Shown here piece by piece: positions 36,194-46,122 of a stretch of DNA of 64,000 bases. The translations under genes were made by a program, and so were the position numbers. The DNA comes from an uncultured Pseudomonadota bacterium (GTDB lineage Bacteria; Oederibacteriota; Muellerivitia; Muellerivitales; Muellerivitaceae): positions 384,001 through 448,000 of the forward strand of contig CAWIIP010000001.1 in the NCBI GenBank assembly GCA_963836235.1, given 5' to 3'. Within the stretch, counting starts at the first letter, position 1, and every line of letters begins with the position of its first letter. The notes beneath the pieces are model-generated. The model saw nothing but the letters and a program-made list of their open reading frames with translations, did not search any database and had not been told where the DNA came from.

Positions 36194-36635
36194 TCTAGAA
36201 ACTATAAACCGTCTGGAAAAGACTCATTCGTTTAACGCGGGATCCGTTGCACGAAACTTCTTTTTCATTCTTACTTATCTGCATTTTTGCAGCCTTCTTA
36301 CTGCTAAACGAGCTTGTCAAATTTCCCAGTGTTTTCCGGTGAACCCGAATCGAAAGTTTTGGAAGTGGCGCCGCTGGATTTCAAACGCCTATTTTTTCGG
36401 CGAAGTAAAATCATCTTATACCTCAGGTAACGGGCAAATCCCTGAAGCCTGTTTTGGGGCGAACCCACAGCCCTTTCAGGCGGAAGACCTGGTATTCGAC
36501 CTACAGGTGGTGGGATGGGCCCAACAGGGGGTATGGGATTGCCTAAAGGCATGTATTTCCTCCACTCCAACGGCGCGAAAGCCTTTTCATAAGAAAACGC
36601 GGCGTTAATGAAGCCAGACCGGGATGGAATTTGCC

Positions 36636-37811
36636 TTATCGGATGGAAGGATAGCTATCCGGCATTCCCTTTTTGGAAAGCACGACCTGCCACACCTGTT
36701 TTTTGCGGGACCGGAAGAGTCCCGCGCATTGGAGCAGGTAATATTTCCACATCCGGTAAAACCGCTTCCCGTAACAGGGTTTAATTTCATCCCAATGCTC
36801 GTTGAAGTTCTCAAACCAGGCCATCAAGGTCTTGTCGTAGTCCAACCCGAAATTGTGCCAATCCTCCATCACAAAAAGGCCCTCAATGGCCGAACCAACC
36901 TGTCCAATGGAAGGAATCAGGGAGTTTGGGAAAATGTATTTGTCGATCCAGGGGTCCGATTCAACTTCCGATTGGTTGCCGCCGATGGTGTGAAGAAGGA
37001 AAAGACCGTCATCATTTAGGCAGGAATTCATAATTTCCATGAACCGGCGGTAATTCTTGTAACCGACGTGCTCAAACATTCCCAGGGAGACGATATGGTC
37101 GTATTTCTCCTCCCCTAAGTCGCGGTAATCCTGGAGACGTATCTCAACCGGGAGTCCTTTACATCTTTCCCGCCCAAGTTCGGCTTGGTCCTTTGAAACC
37201 GTGATGGCCGTTACCCGAGCCCCGTACCATTCGGCGGCGAACTTGGCGAAACTGCCCCATCCTCCGCCCACGTCCAGAACATGCTGGTCGGGACGCAGTC
37301 GGATTTTTTGACATACCAGGTCCATCTTAGCCCCTTGCGCCTGGTCCAGATTCCCCGCGTTCTTCCAGTACCCACAGGTATAGGCCATGTGGGAGTCCAG
37401 CATTGCCTGGAACAGGTTATTGCCCAGGTCATAATGCCTTTCCCCAACTTCGAAAGCCCTATTCCGGCTCTGGAGATTCAACACCAACGCTTTGAAGTGC
37501 ATCCAAACCAATTCCCAGGTGGGTTTCACTTTTTCAACCAGTTCCGCTTTGAAGAGACGGTAAAAGAAATCATCCAGGCGAGGGGCATTCCACCATCCGT
37601 CCATGTAGGATTCCCCTAAGCCAAGCGAATGATGGGCGAAAACCCTGGAATAAAACCGATCGTCGACCACTTGAATATCCCAGGGCCTTGGGCCGTTTAT
37701 TTGAATTCCGCCAAATTCGAGGATTTCCCTTGTTTTGGATTTCCAATAGGATCCGCTGAAAGGAACAGGCGCGGAAAAACCCGTGTCGTATAGACTTTTT
37801 GAGTTATCCAT
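36636..37811 (-). CDS. cfa: Cyclopropane-fatty-acyl-phospholipid synthase
   Basis: GLGESYMDGWW, HYDLGN, GMFEHVG, WIDKYIFP. Confidence 0.93.
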   Translation of the reverse strand: MDNSKSLYDTGFSAPVPFSGSYWKSKTREILEFGGIQINGPRPWDIQVVDDRFYSRVFAHHSLGLGESYMDGWWNAPRLDDFFYRLFKAELVEKVKPTWELVWMHFKALVLNLQSRNRAFEVGERHYDLGNNLFQAMLDSHMAYTCGYWKNAGNLDQAQGAKMDLVCQKIRLRPDQHVLDVGGGWGSFAKFAAEWYGARVTAITVSKDQAELGRERCKGLPVEIRLQDYRDLGEEKYDHIVSLGMFEHVGYKNYRRFMEIMNSCLNDDGLFLLHTIGGNQSEVESDPWIDKYIFPNSLIPSIGQVGSAIEGLFVMEDWHNFGLDYDKTLMAWFENFNEHWDEIKPCYGKRFYRMWKYYLLQCAGLFRSRKKQVWQVVLSKKGMPDSYPSIR

Positions 37812-37861
37812 TTCATCCTCTTGCGGCTTCAACCGCCAAGATTGTTCTTGTTAAGTAACTA

Positions 37862-38272
37862 TTAAGCTTTCATCATTTCCCTTTTTTTAATCCGTTTACC
37901 GTGATGTTGTATTGTTTCATCTAGTGTGTCGGATAATTTCATCAATCCGAGGGAAGGCGGCGGCGGGGGAGTGGACAAAAGTTTCCCAATCCAGTGGACC
38001 AAATGCGGCAAGGGTTTCAAATGTGAGGACTTTGACCAGGTCTTATTCTTTGGGGTGGTCTCCAACCTTCCCATTCTTTTTGGTCTACGCGTGGTGTTCA
38101 TCCTGAAGAGCCGCCATAATGGACAAAAACGCAGGATGGCGGTCAATACAAGAAAAAGGCCGATAACGATGAAAACCAGACCGAGAGGATTATCTATCGA
38201 TATCCCATCGGCAATGAGAAGGAACGAGAAAACAAACCTGAAATTCCGGTCGACAAGCCCCACATTTTTCAT
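37862..38272 (-). CDS. DUF2892 (YgaP-like) membrane protein
   Basis: KNVG..DR..R ... FCPL pattern. Confidence 0.75.
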   Translation of the reverse strand: MKNVGLVDRNFRFVFSFLLIADGISIDNPLGLVFIVIGLFLVLTAILRFCPLWRLFRMNTTRRPKRMGRLETTPKNKTWSKSSHLKPLPHLVHWIGKLLSTPPPPPSLGLMKLSDTLDETIQHHGKRIKKREMMKA

Positions 38273-38303
38273 GGCTAATCCCTTAGTTGAAAAGACATTT
38301 CGG

Positions 38304-38492
38304 TTATTTTTTGGCTGGAATCGAGTGGGATTTCTCGGCCCATTTATTTTCGACTTCCACCCAATCCTTGAGGTCGTCGTTCAATGGGCATCCCCTCTGC
38401 TGCCAGTGGTAATAAGCCGCCACTTTCAGGTATTCCCTCGGAATTTCCTTTTTTGGAATTACCGCTGGTTCTTTTTCCTTGGTCTTTAACAT
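38304..38492 (-). CDS. DUF2934-like small protein
   Basis: VAAYYHWQQRGCP..DD.KDWVE, close to 18110-18280. Confidence 0.8.
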   Translation of the reverse strand: MLKTKEKEPAVIPKKEIPREYLKVAAYYHWQQRGCPLNDDLKDWVEVENKWAEKSHSIPAKK

Positions 38493-38801
38493 TTTTCCCT
38501 CCTTGGTTTTGTCCTAGATATACATCGAAACAGTCGGTTGGTTTATGATCTATGGCAGGTTTGGGATTGAATTTCTTCAGTAAACCTATTCCAAAAACCC
38601 CATTTGGACGGCGCGGCTCACAAGGAGGACCGTTATGAGATTTCCAATGCACAAAACCTCGTCCAGGACTCCCGGCAAAACTTCGAGCAGGTTTTTAACG
38701 GCATGAACCGCTGGCAACTCACCTTTTCTTGACCTTCTTTAACGACGTGTCCCCCTTTGCGTGGACACCTAAAAAAAGATAATCAATAATTTTGAAGTGA
38801 A

Positions 38802-39620
38802 TTAAGTTAAAAGGCGGGGGTATTGACGGGTGGCGAGAGCCCATATAAGCAAAGAGGCTCCAAACAGGACCCCTCCGTCCAACAAACCGTGGGCGTAGGA
38901 AGGGTCCAGCAGAAGCCCCCTCAAGCCATCCACTAGGTAGCTTAAAGGGTTCGCTTTGGCGAAAACCTGGAGCCAAGGCGGCATGATGGAAACGGGATAG
39001 AGGGCGCTGGAGGCGAAAAAAAGCGGCATGGTTACCAATTGGCCGATACCCATCATGCGGTCCCGGGTCTTCACGATGGCCGCGATCACCATGGAGAGCC
39101 CGGAAAAAAAGGACGACCCCAAGACGACGAACCCCAAAAGGCCAGCGGCCCTATCCAAACTCCATTGCAAGTGGATACCCAGTAAATAGGCTACGGCCAG
39201 CACCACCGCAAGTTGGCAAAGGGACCGGGCGGTCGAAGCCAGCATCTTTCCCAGGACCAGCGCGGAACGCTCGATTGGCGTGGTAAGGATTTTCTGCAAC
39301 AATCCCATGTCTCTTTCCCAAATAATGGACAATCCGTTGAAGATGGAAACAAAAGTGATGGACTGGGCCAATATACCTGGCGTGAGAAAAGCCAGGTAAT
39401 CCCCTCCCGCTTCCGGCACAGCTTTCAACCGACTAAAAGCCTCCCCGAAGAGCAGGAGCCAAACGACCGGTTGGATGCTCCGGGAAAGGATTTCGGTCGG
39501 GTCCTTCATCATTTTCAGGGTTTCCAATTCGATGATGACGCCCACGTGGTAAAGATAAAGGAGGGGAACAGATCGGCCTTTAGCCGAGTCTTTGGGCAAT
39601 ACGGCGGCTGCGTTTGACAT
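38802..39620 (-). CDS. ABC-2 type transporter permease
   Basis: YLAFLTPG, ERDMG, NPLSYLVDGLR. Confidence 0.9.
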   Translation of the reverse strand: MSNAAAVLPKDSAKGRSVPLLYLYHVGVIIELETLKMMKDPTEILSRSIQPVVWLLLFGEAFSRLKAVPEAGGDYLAFLTPGILAQSITFVSIFNGLSIIWERDMGLLQKILTTPIERSALVLGKMLASTARSLCQLAVVLAVAYLLGIHLQWSLDRAAGLLGFVVLGSSFFSGLSMVIAAIVKTRDRMMGIGQLVTMPLFFASSALYPVSIMPPWLQVFAKANPLSYLVDGLRGLLLDPSYAHGLLDGGVLFGASLLIWALATRQYPRLLT

Positions 39621-40392
39621 TAGCCAAACCTCCTTGCTCGTCGGATTCGGACGGTCCGACGAAATGCACAAACAGTTCGTCCATGGTAGCCCGGGGCTTG
39701 TGGGCTTTCTTGCGCAATTCTTTGAGCGTTCCCATGACCTCAATGCGCCCCTTGTCCATGATGGCGATGCGGTCGCATAATTCCTGGGCTTCTTCCATGT
39801 AATGGGTGGTCATCAACAAAGTTGTCCCATATTCCTTGCGCAGTTCCCGGATATGCTCCCAGAGGGCATTTCGGGCCACGGGATCCAGTCCCGAAGTGGG
39901 TTCATCCAAAAACACCACCGCAGGACGGTGCAAAATGGATTGGCCGATTTCCAGCCGCCGCACCATGCCGCCCGAATAGTGGGCCACGAGCCGATGGGCC
40001 GCCTCGGTTAGGTCCAGCATTTCCAGTATTTGGGGAACCCTCTCCTTAAGTTGGGCCTTTGTCAGGCCATAAAGTTTTCCAAAGATCGTAAGGTTTTCCA
40101 ATCCCGTCAGACTGCCGTCCACCGACAAGGATTGGGGGACGTAACCGATGGATTCACGAATGCGGGCCGATTCTTTTTTCAGGGAAAAGCCGTTTACTTT
40201 CGCATCGCCGGAGTCCGGGGAAATCATGGTAATGAGCATTTTGATGGTGGTGCTTTTACCGGCGCCGTTGGGTCCCAGGAGGGCGAAACATTCTCCTGGG
40301 GCGACGTCGAAACTCACGTTCTGGACGGCGTGGACTTCCTTGAAGCTCTTGGTGAGGCCGCAAACTTCGATCATGGGTGCCATGGGGATCAA
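39580..40392 (-). CDS. ABC transporter ATP-binding protein (DrrA-like)
   Basis: GPNGAGKS, YSGGM, LDEPT, TTHYM. Confidence 0.93.
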   Translation of the reverse strand: MIPMAPMIEVCGLTKSFKEVHAVQNVSFDVAPGECFALLGPNGAGKSTTIKMLITMISPDSGDAKVNGFSLKKESARIRESIGYVPQSLSVDGSLTGLENLTIFGKLYGLTKAQLKERVPQILEMLDLTEAAHRLVAHYSGGMVRRLEIGQSILHRPAVVFLDEPTSGLDPVARNALWEHIRELRKEYGTTLLMTTHYMEEAQELCDRIAIMDKGRIEVMGTLKELRKKAHKPRATMDELFVHFVGPSESDEQGGLANVKRSRRIAQRLG

Positions 40393-40476
40393 AACCTTTC
40401 AAGCCTGGATAGGCCCAGGAGGACATTGTAATTCATTCCTCCATTGGACGTTCCGGCTCGATTCAAAGAGTCGTAT

Positions 40477-41091
40477 CTACGCCGTTATCCAGTTTAAAAT
40501 CCGTGGCGGATTTCTCGGCGTCCTGGGGGAATCCTCCGACGGGTATCCGACGATGATGGGAAGGACCGGGAAATGCCCTTCCGGTATTCCCAATTTATGT
40601 TTCATTGAATCGGTCCGCAGAATGTCCCAAGCCAGCCCGATGGGACAAGTACCCAGCCCCATTCCATAAGCGGCCAACATCAGGTTTTGGCAGGCTAGGT
40701 AGCAATCCGCCTCGGGAACTAACCCTTCCTGTGTAGCGCAAACGATAATGAGGGTTGAAGCGCCATAGAAAATATTGAAACCCGGGTCCAGGAAACGGCT
40801 GGGCCCGTGTTGGGCTTCGGACTTCCACCTGGGATCTCCGGCCAGCGTCTTCTTAGCCTCGTTGGAAATTCCCCGTAGGAGAACCGCATCCTGGACAACG
40901 GCAAAGCTCCAGGGCTGGCTGTTGACAGCGCTGGGAGCTTGAACGGCGAATTCCAAGAGGATTCCCACGGTTTTTTCGTCAACCGCCTTGGCCGTGTAAT
41001 GGCGGACGGCCCTCCGGTCACAGATCGCATCGAGAACGCTGATCGAAGCGCCTGTCTTCTTACTTTTTTTCGCTTCATCTAAAAGTGTCAT
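40477..41091 (-). CDS. Nitroreductase family protein
   Basis: RRAVRHY, APSAVNSQPW, NLMLAA..MGLGTC. Confidence 0.9.
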   Translation of the reverse strand: MTLLDEAKKSKKTGASISVLDAICDRRAVRHYTAKAVDEKTVGILLEFAVQAPSAVNSQPWSFAVVQDAVLLRGISNEAKKTLAGDPRWKSEAQHGPSRFLDPGFNIFYGASTLIIVCATQEGLVPEADCYLACQNLMLAAYGMGLGTCPIGLAWDILRTDSMKHKLGIPEGHFPVLPIIVGYPSEDSPRTPRNPPRILNWITA

Positions 41092-41296
41092 ATTGTTTCC
41101 TCCGACTCAAGCTGAATAAGTCGAGAAATGAATTGAAGAACTTGTATTAGGATAATTACTAAATGGAGCCTCTCATGTGACCTCCGTCATACCCATCCGT
41201 TTTTTTATGGGATATTCTTTTTAGAAACCTGCGCCGAAAAGGTCATAAGGACCGGTAAATGGAGCCCGTATTAATACATAAAATTTTCGGGTTGAC

Positions 41297-42334
41297 ATGG
41301 GAGATGAACCAAAACTTCAGAATGTTCCCATGAATAAAAAGACAATGCAGGCCATGGTGTTGGCGGCACAGGGACAACCCCTGAAACCCCTCTTTCTTCC
41401 CAAACCAATTCCAGGACGGGGCCAAGTACTTGTACGGGTCCTCGCTTGCGGCCTATGCCGCACCGACCTGCACGTGGTGGACGGCGACCTGAAGGAGCCC
41501 AAACTGCCCCTTGTTCCGGGCCATCAAGTGGTGGGCGTAGTGGAGAGCTTGGGCCCCAGCATAACGGCCGTTCAAATCGGTGAACGCATTGGTATCCCCT
41601 GGCTTGGCGGCAGTTGCGGCTCATGCGATTACTGCCGAAGCGGAAGGGAAAACCTTTGCGACCATGCTCGATACACCGGCTATCAATTGGACGGCGGCTT
41701 CGCCGAATACTGCCTGGCGGATGAGCGCTTTGTTTTCCCCATTCCCAAGTCCTACCCTGACCCGCAAGCCGCGCCCCTTTTATGCGCGGGCCTGATTGGC
41801 TACCGCTCTTTACGGATGGCGGGAAATGGAAAAAAACTTGGATTTTACGGTTTCGGCGCGTCGGCCCACCTTTTAATCCAAGTCGCGAAATACCAAGGGC
41901 GTGAAGTTTATGTCTTTACCCGCAAAGGAGATACCGAAAGCCAGGCCTTTGCCGAAAAACTGGGGGCCACGTGGGTGGGAACATCGGGTGAAACCCCGCC
42001 AAAACATTTGGATGCGGCCATCATCTTCGCACCCGTTGGGGAATTAGTGCCGATGGCCCTTAAAGCGGTTGCCAAGGGCGGGGTGGTTGTCTGCGCGGGC
42101 ATCCATATGAGCGATATCCCCTCTTTCCCCTATTCCATCCTTTGGGGCGAGCGGCAGGTGCGTTCAGTGGCAAATTTAACCCGCCAAGACGGAGAGGAAT
42201 TCCTGAAGTTGGCCCCCCAAATCCCCATCAAAACGCAGGTGAAAATCTATCCTCTTGATCAGGCTAATGAGGCTTTGGCCGACCTTCGCGCGGGCCGCCT
42301 TCAGGGGGCTGCAGTATTAAGAATCGGGTCTTAA
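41297..42334 (+). CDS. Zinc-dependent alcohol dehydrogenase family protein
   Basis: CRTDLH, PGHQ, CGSCDYC...ENLC, LLCAG. Confidence 0.93.
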   Translation: MGDEPKLQNVPMNKKTMQAMVLAAQGQPLKPLFLPKPIPGRGQVLVRVLACGLCRTDLHVVDGDLKEPKLPLVPGHQVVGVVESLGPSITAVQIGERIGIPWLGGSCGSCDYCRSGRENLCDHARYTGYQLDGGFAEYCLADERFVFPIPKSYPDPQAAPLLCAGLIGYRSLRMAGNGKKLGFYGFGASAHLLIQVAKYQGREVYVFTRKGDTESQAFAEKLGATWVGTSGETPPKHLDAAIIFAPVGELVPMALKAVAKGGVVVCAGIHMSDIPSFPYSILWGERQVRSVANLTRQDGEEFLKLAPQIPIKTQVKIYPLDQANEALADLRAGRLQGAAVLRIGS

Positions 42335-42425
42335 ATCCCCAAATGATTAACAAGTTATCCACAATTTTATCCTCTTAATCCCCAATCATGCAGGCCGGAA
42401 CGATGCCCTCCCTTTGGCGCCATCC

Positions 42426-43238
42426 CTATTCCAGCATTCCCTCCAAGTAACGAATTGCTTTACGGGCGCGGCGGAGCAACCTCCATTCTTTCCGCTCCAG
42501 GATTTCAAAGCCACCCTTCTTCCCTTCTGCGGTTATCCCGAGTCGTTCGAAGGATTTTTCCACTCCTTGCCAATCCCTCAACTGTCCCAGGGCATACTGG
42601 ACCTCGTTGGTGGCCTTGAGAAGTTTCTTCCTCTTAGGAGGATGCAGGAAGTCAAACAGTTCCAGGTCGTAACGGAGGCGTTTGGCTTGGATGCGCAGAT
42701 GATGCAAGACTTTTCGTTTGGGGCCCCCCTGGTCATAGTTCGAAATGGATTTTTGAACCCGTTCCATCTCCTTACAAAAAGAAGCCTCAACCTTTTTTTG
42801 CAATTTACTCCTTTTCATCTTTCTCTCAATCTCTTGAAACACCATGGCAATGTCCGAAAAAAACAGGTCGAAAGCCTTATTAACCAGGATGGCTTGGAAG
42901 GCTCCCTCCTTCTTCCTCCTTCGGGCGGACCCGCTGGTTGCCTGGCGTTTTTTGGAAAATCCCTCCGACCGCAATATTTTCGAGGACACATGTGACTCCC
43001 TCAGGGGCCCTGTCAAACCTTGCAAGTATTTTATTTGTTCGATTTCATGTTCGAAACGCCGTTTTTCCAAAAGATGCTTTTCCAAGCGCAGTACCGCTTC
43101 GATGCGTCTTAAGGAAGTCCTGAAATCGTGGAGGGTGCGTGGGTCAATCCGTTTTATCAGCTTTCGACGGCACACTTTTCGAGCGGCGCTAGCATCAATA
43201 GCCTCTTCAAATGCCCGCTCGCGATGGTCTACCGGCAT
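42426..43238 (-). CDS. CHAD domain protein
   Basis: LHDFRTSLRR and LHHLRIQAKRLRY.LE, LG.LRD. Confidence 0.85.
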   Translation of the reverse strand: MPVDHRERAFEEAIDASAARKVCRRKLIKRIDPRTLHDFRTSLRRIEAVLRLEKHLLEKRRFEHEIEQIKYLQGLTGPLRESHVSSKILRSEGFSKKRQATSGSARRRKKEGAFQAILVNKAFDLFFSDIAMVFQEIERKMKRSKLQKKVEASFCKEMERVQKSISNYDQGGPKRKVLHHLRIQAKRLRYDLELFDFLHPPKRKKLLKATNEVQYALGQLRDWQGVEKSFERLGITAEGKKGGFEILERKEWRLLRRARKAIRYLEGMLE

Positions 43239-43753
43239 CAGGCCACCTCTTCGCGAAGATCGATTTTCCCTGTCATGGCTGCCGAAATTAACGTTTGGCG
43301 ATATTCTCTAAGTTTTTCAATTTGAGTTTTGATTTTTCCAGCGGGTTCATCAAGATGCTGATTTCCACCCCTTTCATTTTTGATGGCAAGCAAATCTATT
43401 CTCGTTGTTTTTTTATCCAAGAAAGAAACAATTTCTAATTGTTCTTTCGCCTCAGGAATATAAATTTCTAAATCTCCCAATTTATCGCCAGTTAAGTGTG
43501 CAATTGTCGCCCTATTACACAAAACTTCAAACCAACCAAACCAATCCATAGTTTCGAGTAAATATTTTAAAAACTTCAAAGAGTTCTTTTTTTTGCTTCG
43601 AATTCTGTGAAGAGCATTTTGAATTATGCATTTATTTGGAACATTTTTTAAAATGGAAGCTCGACCTACTTCTCCGCCCTCACAAACAAGCAAGTCCCCA
43701 TCTAAAACTTCAAATTTCTCTAGTTCGTTTTTATTTGTCCACATTTCAGGCAG

Positions 43754-45177
43754 GAAGTTGTCCCGCCGCCAGTTGAATTAGTGAAGTGACGGCCCCTGGT
43801 TTGCCTACCTTAGGCCACAGCCGTTTCTGCGTCAACGTCGTTCGCCGTGCACCTCCTCAAAGCCGCCTGCAAAATTGGAATTTCCCTGTATCCTCTGAGG
43901 CGTTTGAAAGCTCCTTCCGCACGCATCAGGCCCGCTGTCGCCCAACGCTGGCGCATGTCCCCACCCCTCCACCGCTTCACCCGCACCGTCACCTTACCCG
44001 CCACACTGAACGCCGACTCGATGGGGTTTGTCGTCACCAAGCTTTTCGCCAACAGGGCCGGTAGACCCAGCTTGGCCACCGTCAGGGTCTCTTCGAGGCC
44101 TTCTCTCAGGCTTGCGGCCGCGTCCTGGTTGATCCGGGTGAGCCAGGCGCCCAGAGTGTTGAGGCGCTTCTCGCCTTCACGCCAGTCCTTGCAGGCGTAA
44201 GCCTCCGCCATGCGGCTTCGGATTTCGTCGTGGTGCTTCTTTGCCACGTAGCCCAGCACGTTTCGGATCTTGTGCTGCTGGCAGCGCTGAATTTGGACAT
44301 TGGATCCACACAGCCGCTTCACCGCCGCCGCCAAAGCCTTGGACCCGTCCAGTACGAACAGCATGGGGGTTTCGAAGCTTAAGCCCCGATCTCTCAAGTC
44401 CGTCAACAGATCGGTGCAGACCTGGGCATTCTCCGTGGCCCCTTGGCGCAGACCCAAAATGACCTTCTCCCCGGCCCCTTTCCCGGCTTTCACCCCCAGG
44501 GCCACCACCAGCATCTCTCCCCCATAGGGCACCCCGTCGATGAACACTGCCACGAACTCTTGCCCCTCAAAACGTCTTTCTGCAAGGGTTTTCATCTGTT
44601 TGGCCGAGGCCTTCACGAAGCCACGGCTCACACTGGAGCGCTTCATCCCAAACCCTTTAGCCAAGGGCTCTAGGCACCCTTCGTACTCTCGGCAGGACAC
44701 CCCCCGCACCATGCGCCGAAGGGCGTTTTCAGGCATGGCTTCGGGGTTTTGGAGTTTCTGATAGGTCTGAAGAAGGACTTCACCGCCCTCTTTCATCCGC
44801 GCCCGGGGCTTCTGGAGGGGCACCTTGCGTCCGGCCAGTACAACCGTCCCACCCTGGCTTCCCCAACGGCTGGCCGATCGCCCCAGCTGGCGCTGGTGCA
44901 TCGGCCCGCACAGGTCTTGGATTTCCGCTTGTAGCAACTCCTGGGCCGCCAACAACCCCAACTGACAAGCCAGGCTGTTGAGCCCATCCTGAATCATCGC
45001 CAATCGCTCTTCCCGGCTTAACGGCAGTTGTCCAAAATTCTTGTCGCCTTTCGAGGTGTTACGGTGTAACTTTCTCATGGTGGTTTCCTCTCTTTTTTAA
45101 AAAAATTGGTCACCCAGACTTTACAGTCTGGGCAGAGGAGCCACCACCTTCTTTTCAACTACGAACGGGACAATTTC
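43754..45177 (-). mobile_element. IS256-family element with 8-bp target-site duplication
   Basis: IRs GAAGTTGTCCCG..AGTTGAA / TTCAACT..CGGGACAATTTC; TSD TCAGGCAG at 43746-43753 and 45178-45185. Confidence 0.92.
43810..45078 (-). CDS. IS256-family transposase
   Basis: VFIDG, VLDGSKAL, QRCQQHKIRN, TTNPIES. Confidence 0.92.
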   Translation of the reverse strand: MRKLHRNTSKGDKNFGQLPLSREERLAMIQDGLNSLACQLGLLAAQELLQAEIQDLCGPMHQRQLGRSASRWGSQGGTVVLAGRKVPLQKPRARMKEGGEVLLQTYQKLQNPEAMPENALRRMVRGVSCREYEGCLEPLAKGFGMKRSSVSRGFVKASAKQMKTLAERRFEGQEFVAVFIDGVPYGGEMLVVALGVKAGKGAGEKVILGLRQGATENAQVCTDLLTDLRDRGLSFETPMLFVLDGSKALAAAVKRLCGSNVQIQRCQQHKIRNVLGYVAKKHHDEIRSRMAEAYACKDWREGEKRLNTLGAWLTRINQDAAASLREGLEETLTVAKLGLPALLAKSLVTTNPIESAFSVAGKVTVRVKRWRGGDMRQRWATAGLMRAEGAFKRLRGYREIPILQAALRRCTANDVDAETAVA

Positions 45178-45411
45178 TCAGGCAGATCAGTCACGTCTAC
45201 CTTGTACCACAGAACATGAACGGCTTTTAAATAAGGTACGAGAATATCGCTTTCGTCCTTTCGTTCAGATTGGAGCATTTTTCCAAGTTGTATCGAATAT
45301 TCAAACTTGATCTTTGTTTTTTGCCAATGACTTGGAACCCGATCCACCCATTCAACGGACGAACTTTTATATTCGGGATAGGGTTTGTATCTGTCTTGAC
45401 TTGGATGGGTG

Positions 45412-46122
45412 TTATTTTCCAATTATTTTACTTTCAAATATTTCCAATTTAGTTAACCACTCATTAAAATGCAGGCATTCGCCCCTGATTCTGGCCAACC
45501 CGATTCTTTGAGTGACCAACGGTCCGTAAATCTTTTTTTGATATCCAGGGAAAATATCCGAAAGTCTTTTAGATGGAGCCGTTTGTGGGTTGTCGTTAAT
45601 GTCTTCGGGAGTCTCAAATTTTCCCTTTATCTCAGCCAGTTTTTTTTCTTTCCCCGTGTCCAACAGCGCCCCAGCCGTTTCACCGGGGTCCACAAAAAGC
45701 ATGGCTTCGAACTCATGGACCTCAAAATTAGGGATAAACCTTCCATCACCGATATCCTCCTTGAACTTTTGTTCCAGGAACTTTACCCGTTCGATACCGC
45801 GCTTTGAGGTTGAATGATAGCCTGGAAAATCGGAAGGGAGGCCGTAATAATCAATCATGGTGGTGACACAAACCACATCCGTGTCCTTCAAAAGATTCAT
45901 CAGGTCGTACCTGACTTTTCCATATGAAACAATGCCGCCCTTAAAATCCGGCCCCTTTTTCACCCGCTTCGTGGTGGCCAGTTTTGCGATTAGGAAAATC
46001 CCTTTCAGAGCAAAATAGGGGCCTAGTACGTCCCGGACGAAGGTTTCTTCCGTTTGCCCTTCAGCCAAGACCAGGATTCGGCTCAATGGGTTGGCCTTCC
46101 GCCCAGAATGTTTTTCTCCCAT
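45412..46122 (-). CDS. DUF4276-like (TOPRIM/RloB-related) protein
   Basis: EGQTEE.FV, DYYGLP, HEFEA, PE.IND...APSKR; overlaps the upstream AAA gene. Confidence 0.75.
   Translation of the reverse strand: MGEKHSGRKANPLSRILVLAEGQTEETFVRDVLGPYFALKGIFLIAKLATTKRVKKGPDFKGGIVSYGKVRYDLMNLLKDTDVVCVTTMIDYYGLPSDFPGYHSTSKRGIERVKFLEQKFKEDIGDGRFIPNFEVHEFEAMLFVDPGETAGALLDTGKEKKLAEIKGKFETPEDINDNPQTAPSKRLSDIFPGYQKKIYGPLVTQRIGLARIRGECLHFNEWLTKLEIFESKIIGK

Larger units (their letters stand above)
43238..45422 (-). pseudogene. hsdS: Type I R-M specificity subunit (single target-recognition domain) split by IS256
   Basis: N-part YKPYPEYK.S.VEW...PSHW (45178-45422); C-part GDLLVCEGG...EQ..IV.FLD...LREYRQTLISAA.TGKID (43238-43753). 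Confidence 0.85.

Noticed and set aside
38737-38767. Possible tenth 28-bp site (..AACGACG-TGTCCC-CCTTTGCGTGGACA) inside the 26-kb insert
   Set aside because: Needs a 3-bp insertion and several mismatches; too degenerate to count without a PWM score
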